Of a stretch of 64,000 bases of DNA, positions 16,042-25,181 are shown in pieces. Below the pieces are notes generated by a model. That model was not told the DNA's origin, searched no databases, and worked only from the letters and a program-made list of their open reading frames with translations. A program made the translations under genes and the position numbers. This DNA is from an uncultured Actinomycetota bacterium (GTDB lineage: Bacteria > Actinomycetota > Actinomycetes > Mycobacteriales > CADCTP01). The stretch is from positions 653,032 through 717,031 of the forward strand of contig CAWKIV010000006.1 of NCBI GenBank assembly GCA_963849885.1, read 5' to 3'. Every line of letters begins with the position of its first letter. Position 1 is the stretch's first letter.

Positions 16042-16191
16042 CCGCCGACCGTAACCCGCCGGCGCGGCCGAGCCCGACCTGCCGCCGGGACCACCGCGGC
16101 CAGGCCGGCCGGAGACCCCCGCGTCGCCGGGTGGGCGCGCGGACCGGCCGGACCAGCCGCCCCGGGGGTCCGGGGCGGCCCCCGGGGTGAC

Positions 16192-18354
16192 TCAGCTGGC
16201 CGGCTGCTCGACCCGCTCGGTGTCCAGCAGCTCGTCCGGCTCCACGTCGCCCTTCTTCGCCAGCGCGCTCGGCCACCAGATGTGCCGGCCGATGTCCAGG
16301 TTGAGCGCGGTGACCAGCACCGAGCGGACCACGATGGTGTCCAGCAGCACGCCCAGCGCGACCGCGAAGCCGAGCTCGGCCAGGAAGACCAGCGGCAGCG
16401 TGCCGAGCACCGCGAACGTGCCGGCCAGCACGCAGCCGGCCGAGGTGATGACCCCGCCGGTGGCGGCCAGCCCGATCAGCGCGCCCCGCCGGGTGCCGTG
16501 CCGCTTGGCCTCCTCGTGCACCCGGGTCATCAGGAAGATGTTGTAGTCGATGCCCAGCGCGACCAGGAACACGAAGACGAACAGCGGGAACGACGAGTCC
16601 GCGCCGCCGAAGCCGAAACCGTACTTGAAGATCAGCGCGCTGGCGCCGAGCGCGGCCGTGAAGGACAGCACCACGGTGCCGATCAGCAGCACCGGCGCGA
16701 GCACCGCGCGCAGCAGCAGCATGAGGATCAGCAGCACGACCACGAGCACGATCGGCACGATCAGGTTGCGGTCGTGCTTGGCCGCGTTCTGCAGGTCGAG
16801 GTTGATCGCGGTGCCGCCGCCGACCAGCGCGTCGGCGTCGGGCACGGCGTGCGCCTCGGCCCGCAGCCGCTCGATCGTCGCGTACGCCTCCGGGCTGTCC
16901 GGCGGGTCGGTGAGGGTGCCCTGGAAGTACGCGTTGTCGCCGCGGACGACCGGCTCGGTGAGCTCGCCGATGCCGTCCACGCCCTCGAGCGCGGACCGCA
17001 CCCGGGCCGCCGCCGGGGCGTCGGAGACGATCGCCACCGGGGTGCCGGCCCCGCCGGCCTCCGGGAAGTGTCGGGTGACGACCTCCTCGCCGACGATCGA
17101 GTCCGGCCGGCCGGTGAACGACTCGGCGTTGGTCAGCCCGTTGGCGTCGAGGTAGACGATGCCGAGGGAGAGCACGCCGAGCACCACCGCGGTGACCACC
17201 CAGACCTTGCGCGGCCCGCGGGCGATCCGGTTGCCCACCCGCGCCCAGAACCCGCGGGTGGTCGGCTCGGCCGAGCCGTAGCGCGGCTTGACCGGCCAGA
17301 ACAGCCACCGCCCGCAGATCACCAGCAGCGCCGGCAGCAGCGAGATCATCACCAGCAGGGCGACGCCGACGCCGATCGCGGCGACCGGGCCGAGGCTGGC
17401 GGTGGAGTTGGTCTCCGCGAAGAGCAGGCAGAGCATGCCGAGGATGACGGTGGCCGCGCTGGCGATGATCGCCGGGCCGGCCCGGCGCACCGCGAAGGCC
17501 ATCGCCTCGTGCCGGTCCTCGTGCCGGCGCAGCTCCTCCCGGTAGCGGGCGACCAGCAGCAGCGCATAGTCGGTGCCGGCGCCGAAGACCAGCACGGTGA
17601 GGATGCCGGCGCTCTGCCCGTTGACCACCAGCCCGGCGTGCTCGGCCAGCAGGTAGATCAGGGCCTGGGACACGGTGAGCGCGACCCCGGCGCTGAGCAC
17701 CGGCAGCAGCCACAGGATCGGGCTGCGGTAGGTCACCAGCAGGATGATGACGACGACGCCGATGGTGGCGAACAGCAGCCGGCCGTCGATCCCCTCGAAC
17801 GCCGACGCCGAGTCCGCGGCCTGCCCGAACGGCCCGGTGATGTGCATGGCGAGGCCGTCGGCCCCCTCCGCGCCGATCTCCCGGATCTGCTCGGCGATGC
17901 CGGGCACCTGGTTCCACCCGTTTTCGCCGAGGTCGTAGGTGACCAGGACCTGCAGCGCCTCCCCGTCCTGGGACGGGATCGGTCCGGTGGGCTGGCCCTG
18001 GGCGCCCTCCAGGCCGGCGAAGCGCTGCGCGTCCGCGGCCGCCTTGGCCTTGTCGGCCGCGGTCAGCCCGCCCTCCCGCTCGTACACGATCACCGCGGGG
18101 ATCGCGTTGGGAGACTGGAAGGACTGCTGGATCTCCAGCACCTTCGTCGACTCGGCACTGCCGGGCAGCCAGGCGGCCGTGTCATTCTGCTGGGCGTCGG
18201 TCAGCTTGCCGGACAGCGGCCCGGCCAGGCCGACCACCACCAGCCAGAAGATCAGCACCAGGAACTTCGACCGACGACCGGTGAACAGGCTGGACAGGCT
18301 GGACACGGAGCTCACCCTCCCCGTAGGACTCGGCCGAACGCTACTCCTGGTCAT
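16192..18354 (-). CDS. MMPL family RND-type transporter
   Basis: About 720 aa with two 6-TM bundles and periplasmic domains, typical of MMPL proteins (GTDYALLLVARYREELR; GIDYNIFLMTRVHEE). ATG at 18354. An alternative start is the GTG at 18306, preceded by GGGGAGGG. Confidence 0.9.
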   Translation of the reverse strand: MTRSSVRPSPTGRVSSVSSLSSLFTGRRSKFLVLIFWLVVVGLAGPLSGKLTDAQQNDTAAWLPGSAESTKVLEIQQSFQSPNAIPAVIVYEREGGLTAADKAKAAADAQRFAGLEGAQGQPTGPIPSQDGEALQVLVTYDLGENGWNQVPGIAEQIREIGAEGADGLAMHITGPFGQAADSASAFEGIDGRLLFATIGVVVIILLVTYRSPILWLLPVLSAGVALTVSQALIYLLAEHAGLVVNGQSAGILTVLVFGAGTDYALLLVARYREELRRHEDRHEAMAFAVRRAGPAIIASAATVILGMLCLLFAETNSTASLGPVAAIGVGVALLVMISLLPALLVICGRWLFWPVKPRYGSAEPTTRGFWARVGNRIARGPRKVWVVTAVVLGVLSLGIVYLDANGLTNAESFTGRPDSIVGEEVVTRHFPEAGGAGTPVAIVSDAPAAARVRSALEGVDGIGELTEPVVRGDNAYFQGTLTDPPDSPEAYATIERLRAEAHAVPDADALVGGGTAINLDLQNAAKHDRNLIVPIVLVVVLLILMLLLRAVLAPVLLIGTVVLSFTAALGASALIFKYGFGFGGADSSFPLFVFVFLVALGIDYNIFLMTRVHEEAKRHGTRRGALIGLAATGGVITSAGCVLAGTFAVLGTLPLVFLAELGFAVALGVLLDTIVVRSVLVTALNLDIGRHIWWPSALAKKGDVEPDELLDTERVEQPAS

Positions 18355-18553
18355 CAGTCGGCGGTCAACCGCATTCCCCACCGGTTCATCCGGCGGACAC
18401 CCGGAGTCGACCGCGCCGGGCACGATGGGTGACCCGATGATCACCATGCGATTTTGATCCGTTCGAGTCAGGGAGCCGATGTCTCAGGAGGTCTACGGTC
18501 CGCCTCAGTCAGGGGACGGTGGGGTTCGTTCGGGGCCGGTGGGGGGATTCGCG

Positions 18554-19849
18554 ATGAGGTCGTACGCGCGCGGGGGGCTGCTCGCCCTGGGCACGGCAAT
18601 GGTGATGCTGGTCGCCGCGAGCCCGTCCTGGGCCGCCGGGCCGGTGCTCACCAACCCGGCCAACTGGACGCCGCAGATGGTGGCGCCGGCCGGTGCCGGC
18701 TACGTCCGCCAGCTCACCCCGTGCGGCCCGAACATGTATGCGGTGGGCACGTTCAGTCAGTTCCGCAGCCCGGCTGACGGCGGCGCGGTCTTCACCCGCA
18801 ACAACGCGATGTCGTTCAACGGGACGACCGGGCGGATGACCGCGTTCAACCCCAACACCGACGGCATCGTCAACAGCATCGCGCTGGACCCGGCCGACTG
18901 CTCCACCGCCTACATCGGCGGCAAGTTCAGCACCGTCGGCGGCCAGCCGGCGACCAACCTCGCCGCGGTCGACACGGCCACCGGCGCGCTCAGGACCGGC
19001 TTCAAGCACACCGCCACCGGACAGGTCAGCGCGCTGGTCTTCACGCACGGCCGGGTGCTGGTCGGCGGCTACTTCAACAAGGTCAACGGGGTCGACCGGG
19101 CCAAGCTGGCCAGCCTCCACCCGGTCACCGGCACGCCGGACGACTACCTGACGCTCGGCCTGACCGGCTTCTACCCGGGCCGGACCAACCCGACCCGGGC
19201 GTACAACTTCACGCTCAGCCACGGTGGCGACCGGATGCTGGTCACCGGCGTCTTCACCGCGGTCGGCGGGGTGCACCGGGAGCAGGTCTTCCAGCTCGAC
19301 CTCGGCCCGACCGCGGCCACGCTCAACCCGTGGACGTCGACCGACTTCTACGTGCACTGCGCCGACTCGCTGCCGTTCTACATCCAGGACGCGACCTACT
19401 CGCCGGACGACACCACCGTCTACATCGCCACCACCGGCTACAAGGCGCGCTTCGACCCGCTGCACACGGTGGTCTGCGACGCCACGGCGGCGTACCCGAG
19501 CACCGGCGGCACGGTCGCCCGCAAGTGGGTCAACTACACCGGCTGCGACTCGCTCTACACCGTCGTCGCGGACGAGAGCACCGTGTACGTCGGCGGCCAC
19601 CAGCGCTGGCTGAACGGCGAGAACATCTGCGACCGGGCCGGCGGCGGGGCGCTCGACCGGCCCGGCATCGGCGGCATCGACCCGGTCACCGGCCGGGCCA
19701 CCAGCTGGAACCCGACCCGCTCCCGCGGCGCCGGCGCGGACGACCTGGTGATCGCGTTCGGCGGGCTGTGGGTCGGCAGCGACGACCAGAACACCGCCAC
19801 CCAGTGCGGCCGGGAGTACCACCCCGGCATCTGCTTCCTGCCGTACTGA
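18554..19849 (+). CDS. Secreted beta-propeller repeat protein (DUF5122/delta-60-like repeats)
   Basis: The ATG at 18554 gives a signal peptide (MRSYARGGLLALGTAMVMLVAASPSWA). Repeated GG.F..V.G...L..L motifs are present (IGGKFSTVGGQPATNLAAVD, VGGYFNKVNGVDRAKLASL, VTGVFTAVGGVHREQVFQL). Confidence 0.75.
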   Translation: MRSYARGGLLALGTAMVMLVAASPSWAAGPVLTNPANWTPQMVAPAGAGYVRQLTPCGPNMYAVGTFSQFRSPADGGAVFTRNNAMSFNGTTGRMTAFNPNTDGIVNSIALDPADCSTAYIGGKFSTVGGQPATNLAAVDTATGALRTGFKHTATGQVSALVFTHGRVLVGGYFNKVNGVDRAKLASLHPVTGTPDDYLTLGLTGFYPGRTNPTRAYNFTLSHGGDRMLVTGVFTAVGGVHREQVFQLDLGPTAATLNPWTSTDFYVHCADSLPFYIQDATYSPDDTTVYIATTGYKARFDPLHTVVCDATAAYPSTGGTVARKWVNYTGCDSLYTVVADESTVYVGGHQRWLNGENICDRAGGGALDRPGIGGIDPVTGRATSWNPTRSRGAGADDLVIAFGGLWVGSDDQNTATQCGREYHPGICFLPY

Positions 19850-19883
19850 CGCCGTACTGACCCCGTACTGACCCCGTACGGAC
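19840..19883. repeat. 11-bp tandem repeat x4 (CCGTACTGAC-type) spanning the stop codon
   Basis: Read directly as gccgtactgac / gccgtactgac / cccgtactgac / cccgtacggac. TGA triplets at 19847 (the gene stop), 19858 and 19869 fall in three different frames. Confidence 0.85.
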
Positions 19884-19940
19884 CCGGGCCGGCGCCCGCG
19901 CCGCGCCGGCCCGCCCCGGCGGACCTGCCAAGATGCCGGG

Positions 19941-20597
19941 ATGGGACTGGGCGACGGGCCGGGCGAGTGGGACGACTACGAGTGGGTCCGGCTCGCCGAC
20001 CTGCCCGCGTCGCCGCCTCCGGCCCCGCCGCCGGTCCGCCGGGCCGGCCCGCCGGCGCTGGCCGACGCGGTGCTGACCCGGCTGGCCCGGCGCAGCCTGT
20101 GGACCACCGGCGCGGGCACCCGGGTGCTGCTGGTCGACCTGGACAACCTGCGCGCCGACCCGGCCCGCTGGCGGGACCGGATGGCCATGGTGATCGCGCT
20201 GGCCCGGCAGGCCGACGTGGTCGCGCTGGCCGGCCAGGACGGCCCGGTACGGCGGGCGCGGCCGCACCTGGCCGAGTTCGCGTCGCGGGCCCGGGCGGTC
20301 GCCGACGGCAGCGACCTGGCCGACCACGTGCTGCTGGACGCGGCGGCCGAGGTGCCCGGCGCGGCCCAGTTCGTGGTGCTCAGCAACGACTGGATCTTCG
20401 CCGGGCTGGCCGCCCGCGGCCCGCTCACCGTGCTCAGCCCGGGCGGCAACGCGCTCAGCGACCGGCTGCGGGACGCCGCCACCCGGGTGGTCGACCTGGC
20501 CGCGGTGGAGGCGGCCACGGTGGAGGGAGCCGGCCGGGCGCCGCGGCGGGCCGCGTTCCGGGCGTCCCGGCGGCGGCCGGCCGCGACGGCGAGCTGA
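19941..20597 (+). CDS. NYN/LabA-like (PIN-fold) domain protein
   Basis: 218 aa. The layout VLLVDLDNL ... DGSDLADHVLLDAA ... FVVLSNDWIFAGLAARG..TVLSPGGNALSDRL matches the NYN domain motif pattern as I remember it. No HMM was run. Confidence 0.55.
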   Translation: MGLGDGPGEWDDYEWVRLADLPASPPPAPPPVRRAGPPALADAVLTRLARRSLWTTGAGTRVLLVDLDNLRADPARWRDRMAMVIALARQADVVALAGQDGPVRRARPHLAEFASRARAVADGSDLADHVLLDAAAEVPGAAQFVVLSNDWIFAGLAARGPLTVLSPGGNALSDRLRDAATRVVDLAAVEAATVEGAGRAPRRAAFRASRRRPAATAS

Positions 20598-20702
20598 GCG
20601 CGTCGCCGCCGAGCACCTGGGTGACCCGCCGACCCGGTGATCCGCGAGGCTGGCCGGGCGGCCGGCGCCTGAGCACTACCGCTGGCCGGCGGATCTGGGA
20701 GC

Positions 20703-21005
20703 ATGCGCGGCGTGGGCGACGACAGCGGCGTCGAGGTCACCGCGCTGGCGGTCAACGTGGCCGTCCCGGAGGCCCTGCAGTGGACCGACAGCCGGCGCGG
20801 GGAGACGTTCCGGCTCACCGCGCTCAACGTCCGGCTGCGCCCGGACGGCCACCTCGCGGCCCGGGCGTACGGACGCCCGGTCGGCGGCGGTCGGGGCACC
20901 TACGTCTCGTTCGCCGTCCCGGACCGGCCGGAGCTGGCCGCCCTCGTCGCCGCGGCCGCCGACCGGGCCGGCGGCCTGTGGGCCGCCCACCGCGGCCTCC
21001 CCTGA
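20703..21005 (+). CDS. Hypothetical protein (100 aa)
   Basis: ATG start and very high GC3. No family recognised. Confidence 0.55.
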   Translation: MRGVGDDSGVEVTALAVNVAVPEALQWTDSRRGETFRLTALNVRLRPDGHLAARAYGRPVGGGRGTYVSFAVPDRPELAALVAAAADRAGGLWAAHRGLP

Positions 21006-21171
21006 CCGCCGCCCCACCGCCGGTGCGGCCGGGGTGTCACATCCCCCGGCCCGGCGGTGCTGTAGAGACGTGCACCTGAGCCGAGACACAGGAGCGGCGG
21101 CCACGGCCGTCCTGACCAGCCGTGGAGCGGTCGCCGTAGGCACGGAGCGGCGGATCGGCAGGAAGGAGCGC

Positions 21172-21696
21172 ATGGCGGTGTCGGGTTCGCCCCACGGGAC
21201 CGTGCGCGCCGACCTGGAGGAGGTCTTCCGCCGCGACTACCAGCGGGTGGTCGGTGTGGCCAGCCGGGTGCTGGGCTCGCGCGACCAGGCCGAGGACGTC
21301 GCCCAGGAGGTCTTCCTCTCCTTCGGGCGCTCGTCGGTGCCGGCCGGGGAGGCCCGCGGCTGGCTGTCCGTCGCCGCCGCCCACACCGCCCTCAACCTGC
21401 TCCGCTCGGGGCGCCGCCGCGCGTCCCGGGAGGAGACCGCCGCCACCGCGGACGACGCGGTCGTCTCCGACGTGGCCGAGACCGTGGTCACGCGGGAGGA
21501 GCGCCGGCGCGTGCGCGCCGCGCTCGGCCGGCTGCCGCGCAAGCACGCCGTGGCGCTCGTGCTGCGGCACAGCGGCCTCAGCTACGCCGACGTCGCGGCG
21601 GCCCTCGACTTGTCCCCCGGCAGCGTCGGCACCACGGTGCGGCGCGCCGAATCCGCCCTGCGGAAGGAGTTGAACCGGCATGCGGCATCCGACTGA
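21172..21696 (+). CDS. ECF-type RNA polymerase sigma factor
   Basis: ATG at 21172, preceded by GGAAGGAG. Contains sigma-70 region 2 (DAEDVAQEVFL-like: DQAEDVAQEVFLSF) and region 4 (LSYADVAAALDLSPGSVGTTVRRA). Confidence 0.85.
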   Translation: MAVSGSPHGTVRADLEEVFRRDYQRVVGVASRVLGSRDQAEDVAQEVFLSFGRSSVPAGEARGWLSVAAAHTALNLLRSGRRRASREETAATADDAVVSDVAETVVTREERRRVRAALGRLPRKHAVALVLRHSGLSYADVAAALDLSPGSVGTTVRRAESALRKELNRHAASD

Positions 21697-22762
21697 AGGC
21701 ATCCTGCGCCGGCTGATCGACGAGCCGGCCGGCGTGTCCGGGCCCGACCGCGACCACGTCACCGGCTGCCCGCGCTGCCTCGGCCAGCTGGCCACCATGC
21801 GCGCCGACGCCGACCTGGTGGGCGCCGCGTTGGCCACCGAGGAGGTGGCCGACGTCGACGTCGCCGCCGGCTGGCGGCGCCTGTCGGCGGCCGCCCCGGG
21901 CCGGGGGCGGGCGGCTGCCCCGCCGCGCTCCGGCCGGGCCCGCGCGCTGCTGCGCCGCCCGGCCGTCGCCGGCCTCGCGGTCGCCGTCGTCCTGGCCGGC
22001 GCGGGGACCGCGGCCGCCAACGACTGGCTGCAGATCTTCCGGACCGAGCAGATCGCCCCGGTCAGCCTGACCGCGGCCGACGTGCTCGCCCTGCCCGACC
22101 TGAGCGGCTACGGCGAGGTCGCGGTGGCCAAGGGCCCCGACCTGCACGAGGTGCCGGACGCGGCCGCCGCGGCGGAGCAGACCGGGCTGGCCGTGCCCGA
22201 GGTGACCACCCTGCCCGCCGGCGTCAGCGGCGAGCCGGACTACCAGGTCGGCCGCCAGGTCAGCGGCACCTTCACCTTCTCGGCCGCGCGTGCCGCCCGG
22301 ACCGCGGCCGAGTCCGGGGAGACGCTGCCGGCCGTCCCGCCGGGCCTGGACGGCAGCCGGGTGAAGCTCGTCGCCGGCCCGGGGGTGGCGCAGGTGTGGT
22401 CGCAGCAGTCGGCCGGCGTGCCCTCCCTGCTCGTCGGGCGGGCCGTCGCGCCGAAGGCCTTCTCCACCGGCGTCCCGTTCACGACGGTCCGCGACTACCT
22501 GCTCTCGCTGCCCGGCCTGCCGGAGAGCGTCGCGGCCCAGCTGCGCACGTTCACCGCGGACGGCTCCACCCTGCCGCTGCCGGTGAACTCCGACGAGATC
22601 GCCGTCTCGTCGGCCGACGTGAACGGGGTGCCGGCCACGGTGCTGGCCGCCCGCGACCGGACCCTGGCCGCCGCCGTCTGGGTGGACGACGGGGTGGTGA
22701 CCGCGGTGGCCGGCGCGCTGACCGCCGAGGAGGTCCTGTCGGTGGCGCGGGGACTGCGGTGA
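21680..22762 (+). CDS. Anti-sigma factor (zinc-finger N-terminus, one TM, extracytoplasmic domain)
   Basis: Overlaps the sigma gene by 17 nt. Has an HxxxCxxC-like motif (DHVTGCPRCL), one TM helix (AVAGLAVAVVLAGAGTAAA) and a C-terminal extracytoplasmic domain of about 240 aa. Confidence 0.75.
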   Translation: MRHPTEGILRRLIDEPAGVSGPDRDHVTGCPRCLGQLATMRADADLVGAALATEEVADVDVAAGWRRLSAAAPGRGRAAAPPRSGRARALLRRPAVAGLAVAVVLAGAGTAAANDWLQIFRTEQIAPVSLTAADVLALPDLSGYGEVAVAKGPDLHEVPDAAAAAEQTGLAVPEVTTLPAGVSGEPDYQVGRQVSGTFTFSAARAARTAAESGETLPAVPPGLDGSRVKLVAGPGVAQVWSQQSAGVPSLLVGRAVAPKAFSTGVPFTTVRDYLLSLPGLPESVAAQLRTFTADGSTLPLPVNSDEIAVSSADVNGVPATVLAARDRTLAAAVWVDDGVVTAVAGALTAEEVLSVARGLR

Positions 22763-23730
22763 CCGCCGACGCGGCGCTGCGCGAGGCGGCCGAGCTGGTC
22801 GCCGGGCTGCCGCCGGCGCCGGCCGTCTGGTGCTCGGGCCTGCGCCGCCGGTACGGCCGGCGGCTGGCCGTGGACGACGTGTCCTTCGAGGTGGGCCGCG
22901 GCCAGGTGGTCGGGCTGCTCGGCCCGAACGGGGCCGGCAAGACCACGGTGATCAAGATGCTGCTCGGCCTGGTCCGGCCGGACGCGGGCGAGGCGATGCT
23001 GCTCGGTCGGCCCGCGGCCGAGCCGGCCGCCCGGGCCAGGGTCGGTTACCTGCCGGAGCTCTTCCGCTACCAGCCCTGGCTCACCGCGGCCGAGCTGCTG
23101 ACGCTGCACGTCCGGCTGGCCGGGGTCGACGTCCCGGTGCCGGAGCGGCGCGAGGCCCTGGCCCTGGTCGGGCTGGCCGCCCGGGTCGACGACCGGCTGG
23201 GCGGCTTCTCCAAGGGCATGCAGCAGCGCCTCGGGCTGGCGGTCGCCCTGGTCGCCCGGCCGGAGCTGGTGATCCTGGACGAGCCGACCAGCGCGCTGGA
23301 CCCGCTCGGCCGGGCCGACGTCCGCGACATCGTGCTCTCGCTCAAGGCCCGCGGCGTCGCGGTGCTGCTCAACTCGCACCTGATCGGCGAGGTCGAGCGG
23401 GTCTGCGACCGGGTGGTGATCCTGGACAAGGGCCGGGTGGCCGCCGCCGGGACCCTGGCCGAGCTGCTGGGCCGGCACGAGCTGCGGCTGCAGCTGACCG
23501 ACGTCTCCGCCGCGGCCGAGTCGCGGCTGGCCGCGACCGGGACGGTCGAGCGCGCCGACGGCTGGTACGTGGTCGCCCTGCCGGCCGACGACGACGGCAC
23601 GGCCGTCCCCGACCTGGTGCAGGACCTGGTCGCGCTGGGCGTACGGCTGCACGCGGTGGAGCCGGCGCGGATCAGCCTGGAGGAGCGCCTGCTCGGCATC
23701 CTGCGGGCCAACTCCGGAGGTGACCGGTGA
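22759..23730 (+). CDS. ABC transporter ATP-binding protein
   Basis: The GTG at 22759 overlaps the anti-sigma stop. Walker A GPNGAGKTT, signature FSKGMQQRL, Walker B LVILDEPTSALD. Confidence 0.9.
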   Translation: MTADAALREAAELVAGLPPAPAVWCSGLRRRYGRRLAVDDVSFEVGRGQVVGLLGPNGAGKTTVIKMLLGLVRPDAGEAMLLGRPAAEPAARARVGYLPELFRYQPWLTAAELLTLHVRLAGVDVPVPERREALALVGLAARVDDRLGGFSKGMQQRLGLAVALVARPELVILDEPTSALDPLGRADVRDIVLSLKARGVAVLLNSHLIGEVERVCDRVVILDKGRVAAAGTLAELLGRHELRLQLTDVSAAAESRLAATGTVERADGWYVVALPADDDGTAVPDLVQDLVALGVRLHAVEPARISLEERLLGILRANSGGDR

Positions 23731-24581
23731 CCACGACCCGGACGGTGCTGACCGTCGCCGCGCTCACCCTGCGCGAGGCGTCCCGGCGGCGGGTGCTGTC
23801 GGCGCTCGCCGTGCTCACCGTCGTGCTGCTCGGGCTGAGCGCGTGGGGCTTCTCCAAGGTGACCGGCGGCTCCGAGTTCGGCCTGACCAGCGGCCAGGCC
23901 CGGCTGGCCGCCTCGCTGCTGCTCAACCTGACCATGTTCGGGCTCAGCCTGATCGCGGCGCTGGGCACCGCCTTCCTGGCCGGCCCCACGCTGGCCGGGG
24001 AGACCGAGTCCGGCATCGCGCTGGCCATGCTGGCCCGCCCGGTCCGCCGTTCCGCGGTGCTGCTGGGCAAGTGGCTGGGGCTGGTGGCCTTCGGCAGCGG
24101 CTTCGTCGTGGTGGCCGGGCTGGCCCAGTGCCTGATCGTGAAGGTGACGGTGGACTACTGGCCGCCGGATCCGGCGGTCGCCCTGGCCCTGCTCGCCGCC
24201 CAGACCAGCGTGCTGCTCACCCTCGGACTGCTGCTGTCCACGGTCGTCTCGCCGATGGCCTCGGGCGTGGTCGCGGTCGGCCTCTTCGGCGCCACCTGGA
24301 TCGCCGGGGTGGTCGGCGGCATCGGGGAGTCGCTGGCCAACGAGGGCGTGGCCCGGGTCGGCACCGTGTCCCGGATGATCCTGCCCACCGACGGCCTGTG
24401 GCGCGGGGCCATGCACGCGCTGCAGGACCCGGGTGCGCTGATCGAGTTCGGCCCCGCGCTCAACGGCTTCCCGTTCCTCAGCGAGGCGCCGCTCACCGTC
24501 ACCTACCTCGCCTGGGCCGCGCTCTGGACGGCGATGGTCTGGGGGCTGGCGGCGGCGTCCTTCGCCCGCAGGGACCTCTGA
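23727..24581 (+). CDS. ABC transporter permease (ABC-2 type)
   Basis: 284 aa and multi-TM. The start overlaps the ATPase stop (GTGA). Confidence 0.85.
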   Translation: MTTTRTVLTVAALTLREASRRRVLSALAVLTVVLLGLSAWGFSKVTGGSEFGLTSGQARLAASLLLNLTMFGLSLIAALGTAFLAGPTLAGETESGIALAMLARPVRRSAVLLGKWLGLVAFGSGFVVVAGLAQCLIVKVTVDYWPPDPAVALALLAAQTSVLLTLGLLLSTVVSPMASGVVAVGLFGATWIAGVVGGIGESLANEGVARVGTVSRMILPTDGLWRGAMHALQDPGALIEFGPALNGFPFLSEAPLTVTYLAWAALWTAMVWGLAAASFARRDL

Positions 24582-24585
24582 GCGG

Positions 24586-25140
24586 TCAGCCGGGGCGGCG
24601 GGTCCGCCACTCGTCCGCGGTGATCGCGTGGACCAGCACGTCGAAGGTCTCGCCGTTGTCGGTGATCCGGTCGTGCTCCAGGAAGGTCAGGCCGAGCCGG
24701 CGCATCACCGCGAGGCTGCGGACGTTCGGCTCGTCGGTCACCGAGATGATCCGGGGCAGCCCGAGCACGTCGAAGCCGTAGTCCAGCCAGGCCGCGCCGG
24801 CCTCGGTGGCGTAGCCGTGACCCCAGTGCTGGTGGGCCAGCCGCCAACCGACCTCGGTGTCGGCGGGCCGGTCGCGCAGGTGGTGCAGGCCGCACATGCC
24901 GAGGAACTGCCCGTCCGCGAGCCGCTCGACGGCGAGCAGGCCGAGCCGCTCCTTCTCCCACCGCTCCTGCGCCCACTCCGCGATGTCGTCGGACTGCGCG
25001 CGGGTGAGCGGACCGCCGAGCATCTCGGCCACTTCGGGCTGGGCGTTGAGCTCCGCGTAGAGCGGGAGGTCGGCCTCCCGGAACGTGCGCAGCAGCAGCC
25101 GCGGCGTGCGCATGATCTCGGTGCCGTCCCACTTCACCAT
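24586..25140 (-). CDS. GNAT family N-acetyltransferase (RimJ/RimL-like)
   Basis: Only the last 184 aa of track ORF 24586..26736 are real (TPRLLLRTFREADLP...VGWRLAHQHWGHGYATEAA...). ATG at 25140, with an alternative ATG at 25113. Confidence 0.85.
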   Translation of the reverse strand: MVKWDGTEIMRTPRLLLRTFREADLPLYAELNAQPEVAEMLGGPLTRAQSDDIAEWAQERWEKERLGLLAVERLADGQFLGMCGLHHLRDRPADTEVGWRLAHQHWGHGYATEAGAAWLDYGFDVLGLPRIISVTDEPNVRSLAVMRRLGLTFLEHDRITDNGETFDVLVHAITADEWRTRRPG

Positions 25141-25181
25141 GCCGGCAGGGTCGGGCCCGCCGGCCCCGGGGGTCAACCGAG

